Positions 48,916 to 58,643 of a stretch of 64,000 nt of DNA are shown here, piece by piece (the first letter of the stretch is position 1; every line of letters starts with the position of its first letter). The stretch lies in the NCBI GenBank assembly GCA_043803165.1, contig JAZDKI010000021.1:5576-69575 (forward strand), given 5' to 3'. This DNA is from Candidatus Micrarchaeota archaeon. GTDB taxonomy: Archaea; Micrarchaeota; Micrarchaeia; Anstonellales; Bilamarchaeaceae. The position numbers and the translations under genes are program-made. Below the pieces are notes generated by a model. That model was not told where the DNA came from. It ran no database searches and worked only from the letters and a program-made list of their open reading frames with translations.

Positions 48916-50565
48916 ATGCCAGAGAAAAAGACGAGGTTCATAGTGATCGCCGGCTCGATAATGTCCGGCTTGGGAAAGGGGATCGTTTCTTCTTCTATCG
49001 CAAAGATCCTCCAGGCGAGAGGATACAAGGTCATGCAGGTGAAATTCGACGGCTACCTTAACGTCGACTGCGGGACCATGAACCCCTACCGCCATGGCGA
49101 GGTCTTCGTGCTGGATGACGGGACCGAGGTGGATCTGGATTTCGGGACCTATGAGAGGTTCCTGAACATCTCCCTGCCGGGGACCTGCTCGATTACCGGG
49201 GGCAAATTATTCCAGAAGATCATCGAGAAGGAGCGCAAGGGCGAATTCCTCGGGAGGGACGTGCAGTTCGTCCCGCATCTGACCAACGAGATAAAGGACC
49301 GCATCAAGGCGGTGGGGAAGGACAACGCCGCAGACATCGTGATAGTCGAGGTCGGCGGGACCGTCGGCGATCTGGAAAACGGGTATTTCATCGAAGCTAT
49401 GCGCCAGCTGCATTTCGAGCAGGATTCGATGGCTTTCGTGCAGCTCACATATGTCCCGAGCATGAGCCCGGGCGAGCAGAAGACCAAGCCGACCCAGCAT
49501 GCGACACGGCTTTTGCAGAGCCTGGGGATACAGCCGGACATCATAATCACGAGGGAGCAGGAGAAGCTCGGCGAGGAGTCTAAGAAGAAGATAAGCCTGT
49601 ACTGCAACGTGCCGGAGGATGCGGTCTTCGACGACCCGATGCTGCCCTCCGTCTATGAGCTCCCGCTCATCCTGGAGAAGCAGGGGATATACAAGGTATT
49701 GGCGAGGCGGCTGGGGCTTCCTGAAGGCAAGGAAGCCGATTTCAAGGAATGGCATAAGTGCGTGAACAGGATCAACCAGCCCAAAGACAGGCCTCTGCGG
49801 ATCGCGATAGTGGGAAAATACACCGCCGTCAAAGACGCTTATATCAGCGTGAAAGAGGCGCTTGTCCACGGTGCGGCCGCGGTCAATTCCGGATTGGAGA
49901 TATCCTGGATCGAAGCCAGCGATTTGGAGAAGCTTTATGACACGGCAGAGGCGCTCTCGTCTTATGACGGCATCGTGGTGCCCGGCGGGTTCGGGGATAG
50001 GGGGATCGAAGGGAAGATAATGGCGATAAGGTACGCGAGGGAGAATCGGGTGCCGTATCTCGGCCTTTGCCTCGGCTTGCAGCTCATGGTCGTGGAATAT
50101 GCGAGGAACGTCTGCGGGATGGCGGGGGCGAACTCCACCGAGTTCGACAAGAAGACCGCGCATCCGGTCGTGGACATGCTCCCCGAGCAGCACCAGATCT
50201 CCAGGATGGGCGGCACCATGAGGCTGGGCGCCTACGAGGCGGTGCTGAAGAAGGGGACGATCGCTTTCAAGGCTTATGGAACGGAGAAGATATCGGAGAG
50301 GCACAGGCACAGATACGAGGTGAATCCCGCGTATGCGAAAGCCCTCGAGGACAAGGGGCTTGTGATATCCGGAACGCATCCGAAGAACAATATCGTGGAG
50401 ATCGTCGAATGGAAGGCGTCCTTCGGAGTGGCGACGCAGCCGCATATAGAACTGAAAAGCAGGCTGGAGGAGCCGGGCCCGCTGTTCGTGGAGTTCATGA
50501 AGGCCGCCAAATCCTACCGGGAGAAGCCGTCGAAATCGGCAGGGGAGAGCCAGACCGACAATTGA
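48916..50565 (+). CDS. pyrG: CTP synthase
   Basis: SGLGKG, DLDFGTYERF, KTKPTQH, GLCLGLQ, ERHRHRYE. Confidence 0.95.
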   Translation: MPEKKTRFIVIAGSIMSGLGKGIVSSSIAKILQARGYKVMQVKFDGYLNVDCGTMNPYRHGEVFVLDDGTEVDLDFGTYERFLNISLPGTCSITGGKLFQKIIEKERKGEFLGRDVQFVPHLTNEIKDRIKAVGKDNAADIVIVEVGGTVGDLENGYFIEAMRQLHFEQDSMAFVQLTYVPSMSPGEQKTKPTQHATRLLQSLGIQPDIIITREQEKLGEESKKKISLYCNVPEDAVFDDPMLPSVYELPLILEKQGIYKVLARRLGLPEGKEADFKEWHKCVNRINQPKDRPLRIAIVGKYTAVKDAYISVKEALVHGAAAVNSGLEISWIEASDLEKLYDTAEALSSYDGIVVPGGFGDRGIEGKIMAIRYARENRVPYLGLCLGLQLMVVEYARNVCGMAGANSTEFDKKTAHPVVDMLPEQHQISRMGGTMRLGAYEAVLKKGTIAFKAYGTEKISERHRHRYEVNPAYAKALEDKGLVISGTHPKNNIVEIVEWKASFGVATQPHIELKSRLEEPGPLFVEFMKAAKSYREKPSKSAGESQTDN

Positions 50566-50596
50566 GTTTTTAACCGTAGCTGGCGAATCAGCCCCT

Positions 50597-51379
50597 ATGA
50601 AAAACGCGCTTATGGTTTCGGCATTGCTTCTCCTGTCCGTATGCTCTTTCGCCATCACTGCGTCGGATTACGAGAACCGGGCATACTGCTACGAGGCGAT
50701 GCAGGATGAGGCATCGAGGCTCAAGTCGTTGAACAACGGCCAGGACCTGGATTCCGGCTCGTTATATGTCTCGTATTGGGGATGTGTCGGGACCTGCGCG
50801 GACAGGCTGGATATGTGCGAGGTCGAATCCAACACGGCATACCAGTCCTGCGTGGCTGCGGCGAACGTGGATGGGATGACCGGCGCGGAAGGGACAGCCT
50901 GCATAAAGGCGAGCAACCAGAGGAGCCTGACCTGCGCGAACTATGAGATAGACTGCTGCATGATAGACGAGAAGACCAAATGCGACACCCTCCCCTCATC
51001 GCAGCAGGGCGAGATCGACTGCGTGGATGAATGGGGCGGATACGCCACGGATTATTACGGTGAATGCACCTGCATAGAGGGCGCCTTCAAGAACGAATAT
51101 ATCCACCAGTGCGTCCCGAACACGGTCTACGGCTCCTGCGATGAGCGCAACGCGGAATATGACCCTCAGACAGATAGCTGCGTTTGCTTTGAAGGCTATT
51201 ATGTCAGCGGGGATGCCTGCGTCTCCGGGGACGGCACGTCCGGCGGGAACGGCGGAAGCATCGGACGGCCGGATTCTGACGGGACGCAGGGAAGCGGGAC
51301 GACAGGATCGAGCGGGGGCTGCTCATCGGCTGCGATTTTGCTCCTCTTAGGCGGGCTCGATTTCGTTTCAAGACGATGA
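50597..51379 (+). CDS. Secreted Cys-rich/EGF-like surface protein with a C-terminal sorting-like signal
   Basis: Signal peptide, about 20 Cys, Gly/Ser linker, GGCSSAAILLLLGG..RR. Confidence 0.65.
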   Translation: MKNALMVSALLLLSVCSFAITASDYENRAYCYEAMQDEASRLKSLNNGQDLDSGSLYVSYWGCVGTCADRLDMCEVESNTAYQSCVAAANVDGMTGAEGTACIKASNQRSLTCANYEIDCCMIDEKTKCDTLPSSQQGEIDCVDEWGGYATDYYGECTCIEGAFKNEYIHQCVPNTVYGSCDERNAEYDPQTDSCVCFEGYYVSGDACVSGDGTSGGNGGSIGRPDSDGTQGSGTTGSSGGCSSAAILLLLGGLDFVSRR

Positions 51380-51446
51380 TTTTCCGGTCTATCCCGAACC
51401 TTGTCTACTGTTTCTGTCCCCCATGCATAAATGACATTTCAATTCC

Positions 51447-51998
51447 TTAATTCTTTCCGACAATCAGTATTCCGTCATATGTTTTATTGTGATATATTTT
51501 TGGTATGAAAATAAGGTTATATTCTCCTTTCGGGAAAGTGTCTTTTTCCATTGTGAACCAGATTTTTCCCTGGCGGGTTGTACCTGGGGCTAAACTGTCG
51601 TTTACATAAGTACAGTCGATTATCTCGCTAATATTTTGACAACTATCGCAAAAATTCTCTACCGGCCAATATGTTTTTCCCCTACTGTCGACTAAATATT
51701 CAAAATCCAATGAACAGATATCTATTCCTGTTTCATTCCCAACATTCTCAACAATTAAGTCAAAAGCGACAAAGTTCTCATAATCTCGGTGTCCTTCAAG
51801 AACTGAGTAACAATCAAAACATCTTACTTCAGACATATTGCCGACAAATATCTCATACTCGTTTAAGTTAAAACTTTTATCTACCGAGTAGGTCGGACAG
51901 TTATTATCCTCACAAACATTTGCATCAAACTGTGTACCAGTACATCCGAGTGTCAAAACCGTTAAACCTAAACATAAAATTAGTATGTGGCTTTGCAT
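51447..51998 (-). CDS. Lipoprotein, DUF4352-like Ig fold
   Basis: TLGC lipobox, V.N.G, LVDSRGKTY, LAPG; markedly low GC. Confidence 0.6.
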   Translation of the reverse strand: MQSHILILCLGLTVLTLGCTGTQFDANVCEDNNCPTYSVDKSFNLNEYEIFVGNMSEVRCFDCYSVLEGHRDYENFVAFDLIVENVGNETGIDICSLDFEYLVDSRGKTYWPVENFCDSCQNISEIIDCTYVNDSLAPGTTRQGKIWFTMEKDTFPKGEYNLIFIPKIYHNKTYDGILIVGKN

Positions 51999-52165
51999 GT
52001 CCTTATTTCATCACACTTATTATTAAGGGGTTTTGTGTGACTGCCATAAATATGTCAGACCGCACGTAGGGTTTAGTTACGGGTTTTGAGCTCTCCATCG
52101 CGGCAGAAACTCAGGCGTAAAAGTCCAAAACTAGAGACCCGAAACTGGACACCAAAAGGAAAGAT

Positions 52166-52291
52166 TGGGCCTGCGCGGAATCGAACCGCGTATCTCCTGC
52201 ATGTCAAGCAGGCGTCTTAACCATTGTCGTTCCCCCATACTCGGGGTTTTGGGCCGCCTTTTCCTAAAAGGCGGAAGTCGACTACAGGCCC
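52166..52291 (-). tRNA. tRNA-Val(GAC) with a ~53-nt intron in the D-loop (approx. 52224-52276)
   Basis: Acceptor GGGCCTG/CAGGCCC-A, anticodon arm CCTGC-TTGACAT-GCAGG, T-arm CGCGG-TTCGATT-CCGCG; removing the intron gives 73 nt; TATA-like box upstream. Confidence 0.9.
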
Positions 52292-52466
52292 TTGGATAAA
52301 AAAGGAACTGTTGGCAACGGATTTTATACCTTGACTTTTTTTCGGGATCTGCCGGCCGCCGCCGGATGCCACCGGAGGGCACATCAGAGGAATCGAAGCG
52401 CCCGACGGCACCTGTATTTCCTGAGAAGGAAAGAAAATATCGGTCACCTGAGTTAATAGATGGCAC

Positions 52467-53666
52467 CTAGAACATCGAGGACTTGCCCTCGACTATCCTC
52501 TGCGTCACGTCGGTTATGTTCTCGAGCCGGTTGTCCATATCCCGCCTCACGACCGACTTCAGGCGTTCGAACTCCGAATCCTTCACGATCAAAGACACCG
52601 AGGCCACCTTCGGCTGGTCGATGGGCTTGCCGATCTGGGAGAGCAGGGTTATCGCGAGGTCCTCGATATCCGGATTCTCCTTGGATATCGATGCAGCGAT
52701 ATCGCTTGCCATCACGGAGTAGATCTTCCCGACGTGGTTGACCGGGTTCTTCCCCGCCGCCGCTTCCATGGTCATCGAGCGCATGGGGGTTATCAGGCCG
52801 TTGACGCGGTTGCCTCGCCCGACGCTCCCGTCATCGCCCATCTCGGCGCTGGTCCCGGTGAGGGTGATATAGACGGACCCGTTTGGCACGTCATCGGCGG
52901 TGTTCACGAAGATGTCGACCTGCTTTTTCGTGAACTTGGCCGCGAGCCGGATCAGGTCATCCCTGAGCCGGTCCTTGTTTTTGGCATACGCGCTGATATC
53001 AGGGGTGTGTTTCGATACGAATGCGCAGGCGACCGTCAGCCTTATCTTGTCCTTTTCCCGGCAGCCCATGACCTTGATGTCTGACCCGACCTCAGGGTGC
53101 GCCTTCTTGTATTCTGGCGAGTTCAAGTGCCTTTCGCTCTCCAAGACCACGCGCTCGAGGTCCGTGAACGGGGCGAAGCCGGTCCCGAAAGATGTGTCGT
53201 TCGAGAGGGGGATCTTCGGCCCTCGCAGGAAAAGGTCCACCAAGTCGCTCGATCCTGTCGAGATCCTGGATTCGAACTCCACATCGTCCTCGGCATTCAG
53301 GTTCGGCACAGCGTGCTTCAGGTATTTGTGCGCGGCCTCCAGGGCTATGTGATGCACCGGGAACGTCTTGCCGTTCGCCTTCTCTGTCGCGCGGCCGCTG
53401 AGCAGGATGTATATAGGCTTGGTGAACATGCCCCCGCCGAACTCGACCTTCGTCCCCCCGCCGCATATCTGGCCCTTGTCGACGTTATGATGCAGTATCT
53501 TGCCGAACTCCGCCAGATACGCCTTGCTGAGCTCCCTGCTTATCTCTTCCATGATGCCATCGATGAGGCTGTCGGGGTGCCCAAGGCCTTTCCTCTCTAC
53601 GATCTCGACTTCCCTCTGCGCCACCGGCGTGTAATCCCCCTTCTCGACGATGATGTTGCGTTCCAT
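52467..53666 (-). CDS. mat: Archaeal S-adenosylmethionine synthetase
   Basis: [43 protein letters not shown]. Confidence 0.95.
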   Translation of the reverse strand: MERNIIVEKGDYTPVAQREVEIVERKGLGHPDSLIDGIMEEISRELSKAYLAEFGKILHHNVDKGQICGGGTKVEFGGGMFTKPIYILLSGRATEKANGKTFPVHHIALEAAHKYLKHAVPNLNAEDDVEFESRISTGSSDLVDLFLRGPKIPLSNDTSFGTGFAPFTDLERVVLESERHLNSPEYKKAHPEVGSDIKVMGCREKDKIRLTVACAFVSKHTPDISAYAKNKDRLRDDLIRLAAKFTKKQVDIFVNTADDVPNGSVYITLTGTSAEMGDDGSVGRGNRVNGLITPMRSMTMEAAAGKNPVNHVGKIYSVMASDIAASISKENPDIEDLAITLLSQIGKPIDQPKVASVSLIVKDSEFERLKSVVRRDMDNRLENITDVTQRIVEGKSSMF

Positions 53667-53718
53667 AAAATCAGCGGGATAGGGACGCGGGGGCGCTTAT
53701 TAATAATTGTTGAAAAGA

Positions 53719-53970
53719 TTATTCCGAATGGAATAGATGGTGCCTCTCCCAGCTGCCTTCTTCCGGGGGCTCGCCTATCAGGTAGAATGCCTGCCTGGCG
53801 ATGTTTCGGACGGTATAGCAGGGGTCGTGCTCTGAGACGTAGTGCAGGCAGAGCCTGGCCAGATGCGCATCATGGCGGTGCATGTGCGCCTTGAGGGCGA
53901 TTATCGCCCTTTTCCTCTTCATGACGCTCTTCTCGGAGAGCTGCTGGATCAGGATGTGGAGTTCGTCCAT
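53719..53970 (-). CDS. Small HEAT-repeat-like hypothetical protein
   Basis: DP.YTVRNIARQA helical repeat motif. Confidence 0.5.
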   Translation of the reverse strand: MDELHILIQQLSEKSVMKRKRAIIALKAHMHRHDAHLARLCLHYVSEHDPCYTVRNIARQAFYLIGEPPEEGSWERHHLFHSE

Positions 53971-53974
53971 AGGA

Positions 53975-55369
53975 TCACTCTTTTTTCACGAGGAAGCCCT
54001 CTTCGGCCAGTTGTGAGACCATGGCTTTTGCATCAGCGCCGGCGAAATGGACATTCACCTTCGCCTCGAGCGATTGGAGGCCGAGCAGGGTGGATTTCAC
54101 CCGTCCGACCGCCGTGCCGATATCCTCCCCTTCCCGGATATCCATATCCACCTGGACGATGAGGATGATTTGCCCCTTCTCTTCCATCTCTGCGAGCTTT
54201 TCCTTGCTTTTCAGGACTTGGAGGACGCCGGTGGCGTTGTCGCCGAGGAACTCGAATGCCGCGGGGGCGTCGTACAAGGAGAGCGTATCAGCCACATCGG
54301 CGATAGAATCGGCCTCGGACTCCGCATCCTGCGGATCGAAGCAACCATATGCCATCTTTGCCCGCACTCCGATTCCGGAAAGCGCCCTAAGCATGGAAGC
54401 GGCCTCTTTTGCGACTTCCACCGCGCCTTCCGGATCATCTTCCGAAGGATTGAGGATAAGGTCGGCCGCATTCATCGCCACGCCCTCGGAAGCGTTGATC
54501 AGAGAAGCGAAAACCGTCCTTTCCGCTTCGGACTCTGCAGGCGCGCCGTTGATCGCGCCTGCGAGGTTGCCCGCCATCTGGATGATCGGATCGAGGAGAT
54601 ATGTGCGGCCGTTGCCGAAAAGCGAGATCAGTTCGAGGGCGGCTTGGGCCTGCCAGTCTCCGCCTTCTTCCAGGCATCTGAGGGCCAGCTTGACCCGTTT
54701 CCGCTCCTTCTTCGCCGCCGCAGCGCGGAGCTCTTCATCGGGGGAGCTCATCATTATCGCTCCGGTGAGCGCGTAATATCCCTGTGCAACATCGCTATTG
54801 CGCAGATATGATTCCAGGGTTCCCTTGAGGTCGTCCGCATTATAGGGAGCGATGCCGGCATCAGCCAGATGCGCGGCCATCTCCAATGCTGCAGAGGCGC
54901 TTTCCTTGTCTAAGACGCGGGAGAGCGACTTCATCAGGGCAAGAGAGATGTTTTGCAGGGCCGGTGCGAGCGATGATTCGCCGCCATCGTATATCGAGAC
55001 AAGCGCCGAAACAGCGTTCCGGAACGCCTGCGCTTTCTCGTCATAAAGGTTATTGCTTGCCAGCCATTCCACTTCGGACAGATACCCCATGAACAGGTCT
55101 CCCATCCCGCGCTCTTGGATGCCTTCCATCAAGGCGTGCGCGCCGACATCCTGCCTCAGGTCTTCGAGGGCGGCGGTCGCCCGTTCAAGGTCGGAGAGCT
55201 TGTTCGGGGCTGATTTGAGCTTGGCTTTCAGGCACGCGAACCTCTTTTCGGTTTCGATATCGGCTGCCGATACCGGTTCGCTGGGCCTTGTTTCGGGCAG
55301 GCCAGCCAGCCCTTTGGGGAACTTCCCTTTTTCGCTTGGAGCGCCCGGTCTGATGAGCTGTTCTGACAT
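53975..55369 (-). CDS. Helical, acidic hypothetical protein
   Basis: Long ORF with GGCGA RBS-like site and upstream TATA. Confidence 0.6.
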   Translation of the reverse strand: MSEQLIRPGAPSEKGKFPKGLAGLPETRPSEPVSAADIETEKRFACLKAKLKSAPNKLSDLERATAALEDLRQDVGAHALMEGIQERGMGDLFMGYLSEVEWLASNNLYDEKAQAFRNAVSALVSIYDGGESSLAPALQNISLALMKSLSRVLDKESASAALEMAAHLADAGIAPYNADDLKGTLESYLRNSDVAQGYYALTGAIMMSSPDEELRAAAAKKERKRVKLALRCLEEGGDWQAQAALELISLFGNGRTYLLDPIIQMAGNLAGAINGAPAESEAERTVFASLINASEGVAMNAADLILNPSEDDPEGAVEVAKEAASMLRALSGIGVRAKMAYGCFDPQDAESEADSIADVADTLSLYDAPAAFEFLGDNATGVLQVLKSKEKLAEMEEKGQIILIVQVDMDIREGEDIGTAVGRVKSTLLGLQSLEAKVNVHFAGADAKAMVSQLAEEGFLVKKE

Positions 55370-55500
55370 ATGATCGCCTGTGTTTATTTGTGTCCGCAAG
55401 TGTTTTTAAATGTGTGTTTTTATGTGTATGTTCGCAGTTATAGCCCTAAAACCAAAAGATTAGAATATTGCCTGGGATAACTTATCAGGCAGGGAATCAT

Positions 55501-57246
55501 ATGTCATTCAAACGCTCACCGATAATCTGCATACTGGGGCATGTGGATCATGGTAAAACAACACTTCTCGATAGCATCAGGGGCACCGCCGTCGCGAAAA
55601 AGGAGGCCGGGGGCATCACGCAGATGATCGGGGCGAGCTATGTCGCCAAGGCCGATATCGACGCCCTATCGGGTGCTTTGGCCCAGAAGATGAAATTCAA
55701 GATAGACATCCCCGGCCTGCTCTTCATCGACACCCCGGGCCACGAGGCGTTCACGAACCTCCGGGACCGCGGGGGAAGCCTCGCGGACCTGGCGATCCTG
55801 GTCGTGGATATCAACCAGGGCTTCCAGCCCCAGACGATAGAGAGCGTGAGGATACTCAAGCAGTACAAGACCCCGTTCGTGATAGCGGCGAACAAGATAG
55901 ACGTCGTGAGCGGGTGGAAGAGCCACAAGACCGCATCGTTCTTCGAATCATTGGCGCAGCAGCCGGAGCATATCCAGGCCCGATTCGACGAGAGGATATA
56001 CGGGCTGGTCGGCAAGGTCGCAGAATACGGATTCGACAGCGAACGCTTCGACCGGGTGGCCGATTTCTCCAAGCAGATAGCGATAGTCCCGATAAGCGCC
56101 AAGACCAAGGAGGGCCTGAGCGAACTGCTCGTCCTGATAGGCGGCCTGAGCCAGAGATTCCTCGGGGCCAGGCTCGAGATCGACGAGAACGGGCGGGGCA
56201 AGGGAAGCATCATAGAGGTCAACGAGGAGAAGGGGCTCGGCACGACGATAGACGTCATCATATATGACGGCGTGATAAGGAAGAACGATGAGATCGCTTT
56301 CATGAGTTCGGACGGCGTCCGGACCACCAAGGTAAGGAGCCTGCTGGAACCCAATCTGGGCGGGAAGGACAGGTTCACGGCATTAGATGAGATCGCCGCT
56401 GCGGCCGGGGTGAAGATAAACGCGCCCGACCTTGCCGGGGCCATACCCGGCTCCCCGGTGGAAGTGGTGCAGGATTTCGAGGGCGAGAAGCGCGCGATCG
56501 AGGCCCAGTTCAAGAGCGTCATATTCAGCAAGAGCAACGAGGCCGGGGTGGTGCTCCGGGCGGATTCTTTGGGTTCTGTCGAGGCCCTGCTCAAGCTCCT
56601 CAAGGACAACGAGATAATCGTCAAGGACGCCGCTGTCGGGAACATCACCCGCAAGGACGTGATGACCGCTTCTGTCGGCAAGGGGGAGACGCCTTTCCTA
56701 TCCGTCGTGCTCGGCTTCAATGTCAAGGTGCTCGATGAGGCTTGGGAAGAGAGCAGGGGATCCGGCGTCCCGATACTCTACAGCGATGTGATATACCGGC
56801 TTGTCGAAGGGTACCAGGCCTGGATCAAGGAGGAGAAGGAGCGCTTGAAGAAGCAGGCGCTCGAGAAGCTCGTCTGGCCAGGCAAGATAAAATCATTGGA
56901 CGGCTATGTGTTCCGCGCATCGAAACCCGCCATTTTCGGCGTGGAAGTGCTGGGGGGCCGCATCAAGAAGGGATACCGGCTCATGGGAAGGGACGGCCAG
57001 GTGGCAGGGGAGATAAGGGAGATACAGAAAGAGAAGGAGAAGGTCGAGGAGGCCGGGGCGGGGGACCAGCTCGCGATATCCTGCGACGGGATAATGATGG
57101 GCAAGAACGTCAATGAAGGCGATGTGCTATACACGTATATGACGGCAGATGAGATCGCCAAGTGGGACACGCAACTGTCTATGCTGAGCGATGGCGAGAA
57201 GACGGTCTATGAGGAGATAAGGAAGATGCTCAGGAAGTATTTCTGA
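55501..57246 (+). CDS. infB: Translation initiation factor aIF5B (IF-2)
   Basis: GHVDHGKTT, GGITQ.IGA, DTPGHEAF, NKID; no intein. Confidence 0.95.
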   Translation: MSFKRSPIICILGHVDHGKTTLLDSIRGTAVAKKEAGGITQMIGASYVAKADIDALSGALAQKMKFKIDIPGLLFIDTPGHEAFTNLRDRGGSLADLAILVVDINQGFQPQTIESVRILKQYKTPFVIAANKIDVVSGWKSHKTASFFESLAQQPEHIQARFDERIYGLVGKVAEYGFDSERFDRVADFSKQIAIVPISAKTKEGLSELLVLIGGLSQRFLGARLEIDENGRGKGSIIEVNEEKGLGTTIDVIIYDGVIRKNDEIAFMSSDGVRTTKVRSLLEPNLGGKDRFTALDEIAAAAGVKINAPDLAGAIPGSPVEVVQDFEGEKRAIEAQFKSVIFSKSNEAGVVLRADSLGSVEALLKLLKDNEIIVKDAAVGNITRKDVMTASVGKGETPFLSVVLGFNVKVLDEAWEESRGSGVPILYSDVIYRLVEGYQAWIKEEKERLKKQALEKLVWPGKIKSLDGYVFRASKPAIFGVEVLGGRIKKGYRLMGRDGQVAGEIREIQKEKEKVEEAGAGDQLAISCDGIMMGKNVNEGDVLYTYMTADEIAKWDTQLSMLSDGEKTVYEEIRKMLRKYF

Positions 57247-57289
57247 TAAACCATTCGTGGCAAGAAACGCATCGGATTGGAGTGATGAT

Positions 57290-58297
57290 ATGATAATCGG
57301 ACTGACTGGGGAGAACTGCGCAGGGAAAAGCACGATATCGGATTACCTGATGAAGAAGGGGTTCTACTACTATTCGCTCTCTGATATCATCAGGGAGGAG
57401 CTCAAGGCCGAGGGCAAATCCGTCAGCAGGGAGAACCTGATAAAGAAGGGCAACGACCTGCGCGAGCGGTTCGGCCCGGGGATACTCGGGGCCAAGCTGG
57501 CGCAGAAGATCCAGAAGGACAAGAACTACGTGATCGATTCCATCCGGAACCCGGCGGAAGTGGAGGAGCTGCGGAAGAACGGCAGGTTCTTCCTCTTCTA
57601 TGTGACAGCACCCCCTGAGGTGCGCTTCGAGAGGATAAAGGCGAGGGAGCGCGAGGAGGACCCGCGGACCTATGCGGCTTTCCTGGAGATAGAGAAGCTG
57701 GAGATGGAGAATGCTGATAAGACCAAGCAGAATCTGAAGGGGACGTTCGCTTTGGCTGATACGAAGCTGGTCAACGACGGCGACTTGAACGAGCTGCATG
57801 ATTCGGTCGACAAGGCCCTCGGATCCGTCTCGGACAAGTTCAAGCTCTCCCGGCCGAGCTGGGACGATTATTTCATGGGGATAGCCAAGATGGTCGCGAT
57901 GAGGAGCAACTGCGTGAAGAGGAAGGTCGCCGCGGTGATCGTCAAGGACAAGAGGATCATATCGACAGGCTACAACGGGACGCCTAGAGGGATCAGGAAC
58001 TGCTCTGAAGGCGGATGCCCCAGGTGCAACAGCTTCGCTGAATCCGGAAAGAACCTGGAGGAATGCGTATGCAGCCATGGCGAGGAGAACGCCATAGTCC
58101 AGGCGTCATATCATGGCATCAGCATAAAGGATTCGACCATATATACCACGTTCTCCCCTTGCCTGATGTGCACCAAGATGATAATCAATGCCGGCATCAA
58201 GGAGGTCGTCTACAACGTCTCCTATCCGATGGCTGAGACGCCCCTCCGGCTCCTAAAGGAAGCCGGGATAAAGGCCAGGCAGAACAAGATAGAGTGA
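57290..58297 (+). CDS. P-loop NMP-kinase-like domain fused to dCMP deaminase
   Basis: GLTGENCAGKST; RPSWDDYFM, GYNGTP, HGEENA, PCLMC. Confidence 0.85.
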   Translation: MIIGLTGENCAGKSTISDYLMKKGFYYYSLSDIIREELKAEGKSVSRENLIKKGNDLRERFGPGILGAKLAQKIQKDKNYVIDSIRNPAEVEELRKNGRFFLFYVTAPPEVRFERIKAREREEDPRTYAAFLEIEKLEMENADKTKQNLKGTFALADTKLVNDGDLNELHDSVDKALGSVSDKFKLSRPSWDDYFMGIAKMVAMRSNCVKRKVAAVIVKDKRIISTGYNGTPRGIRNCSEGGCPRCNSFAESGKNLEECVCSHGEENAIVQASYHGISIKDSTIYTTFSPCLMCTKMIINAGIKEVVYNVSYPMAETPLRLLKEAGIKARQNKIE

Positions 58298-58301
58298 TAC
58301 G

Positions 58302-58637
58302 ATGGATGATGAAGAGGTTATACCGATGATGGCTCCGCAGCAACAGATTCCGCAGGTGATACAGTTCTCGGCCCTGGCCATGACGGCAGAATTCATCATG
58401 ATCTTCGGGGTGATTTTCATACTGCTCGGAGCGGGGCAGTTCGTCACCGACCTGCTGAAAGTGAAGGGCTCCGGGGAGATCCTGGTCGGGCTGCTCCTGT
58501 GCGGGGGGGCGGTCGCCCTGCTCATGTTCTCGAAAAGGCAGATGCCCAAGGCCATGCCGAGGGTCCCGAAGCCGCCCCAGGTTGCGCCTCCGGCAGCAAA
58601 GCTCGGGAAAAAGGACGAATCGGCCAGCTACCGCTGA
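58302..58637 (+). CDS. Small membrane protein
   Basis: 2 TM helices, Pro/Lys-rich tail. Confidence 0.55.
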   Translation: MDDEEVIPMMAPQQQIPQVIQFSALAMTAEFIMIFGVIFILLGAGQFVTDLLKVKGSGEILVGLLLCGGAVALLMFSKRQMPKAMPRVPKPPQVAPPAAKLGKKDESASYR

Positions 58638-58643
58638 TTGTAT

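Noticed and set aside
49207..50658. Long antisense ORFs over pyrG (likewise over infB, rad50 and the aminotransferase)
   Set aside because: GC-rich codon-bias shadows with no motifs.
52025..52150. Short GGGTTTT / GAAACT recurrences downstream of the tRNA
   Set aside because: Too short and irregular to call a repeat or att site.
52217..52466. 76-aa and 111-aa ORFs downstream of mat
   Set aside because: They overlap the tRNA and its promoter and have no protein-like features.
57282..57349. GTGATGA...CTGA...CTGA C/D-like pattern
   Set aside because: Coincides with the RBS and start of a conserved CDS; no terminal stem, C' box or recognisable rRNA guide.
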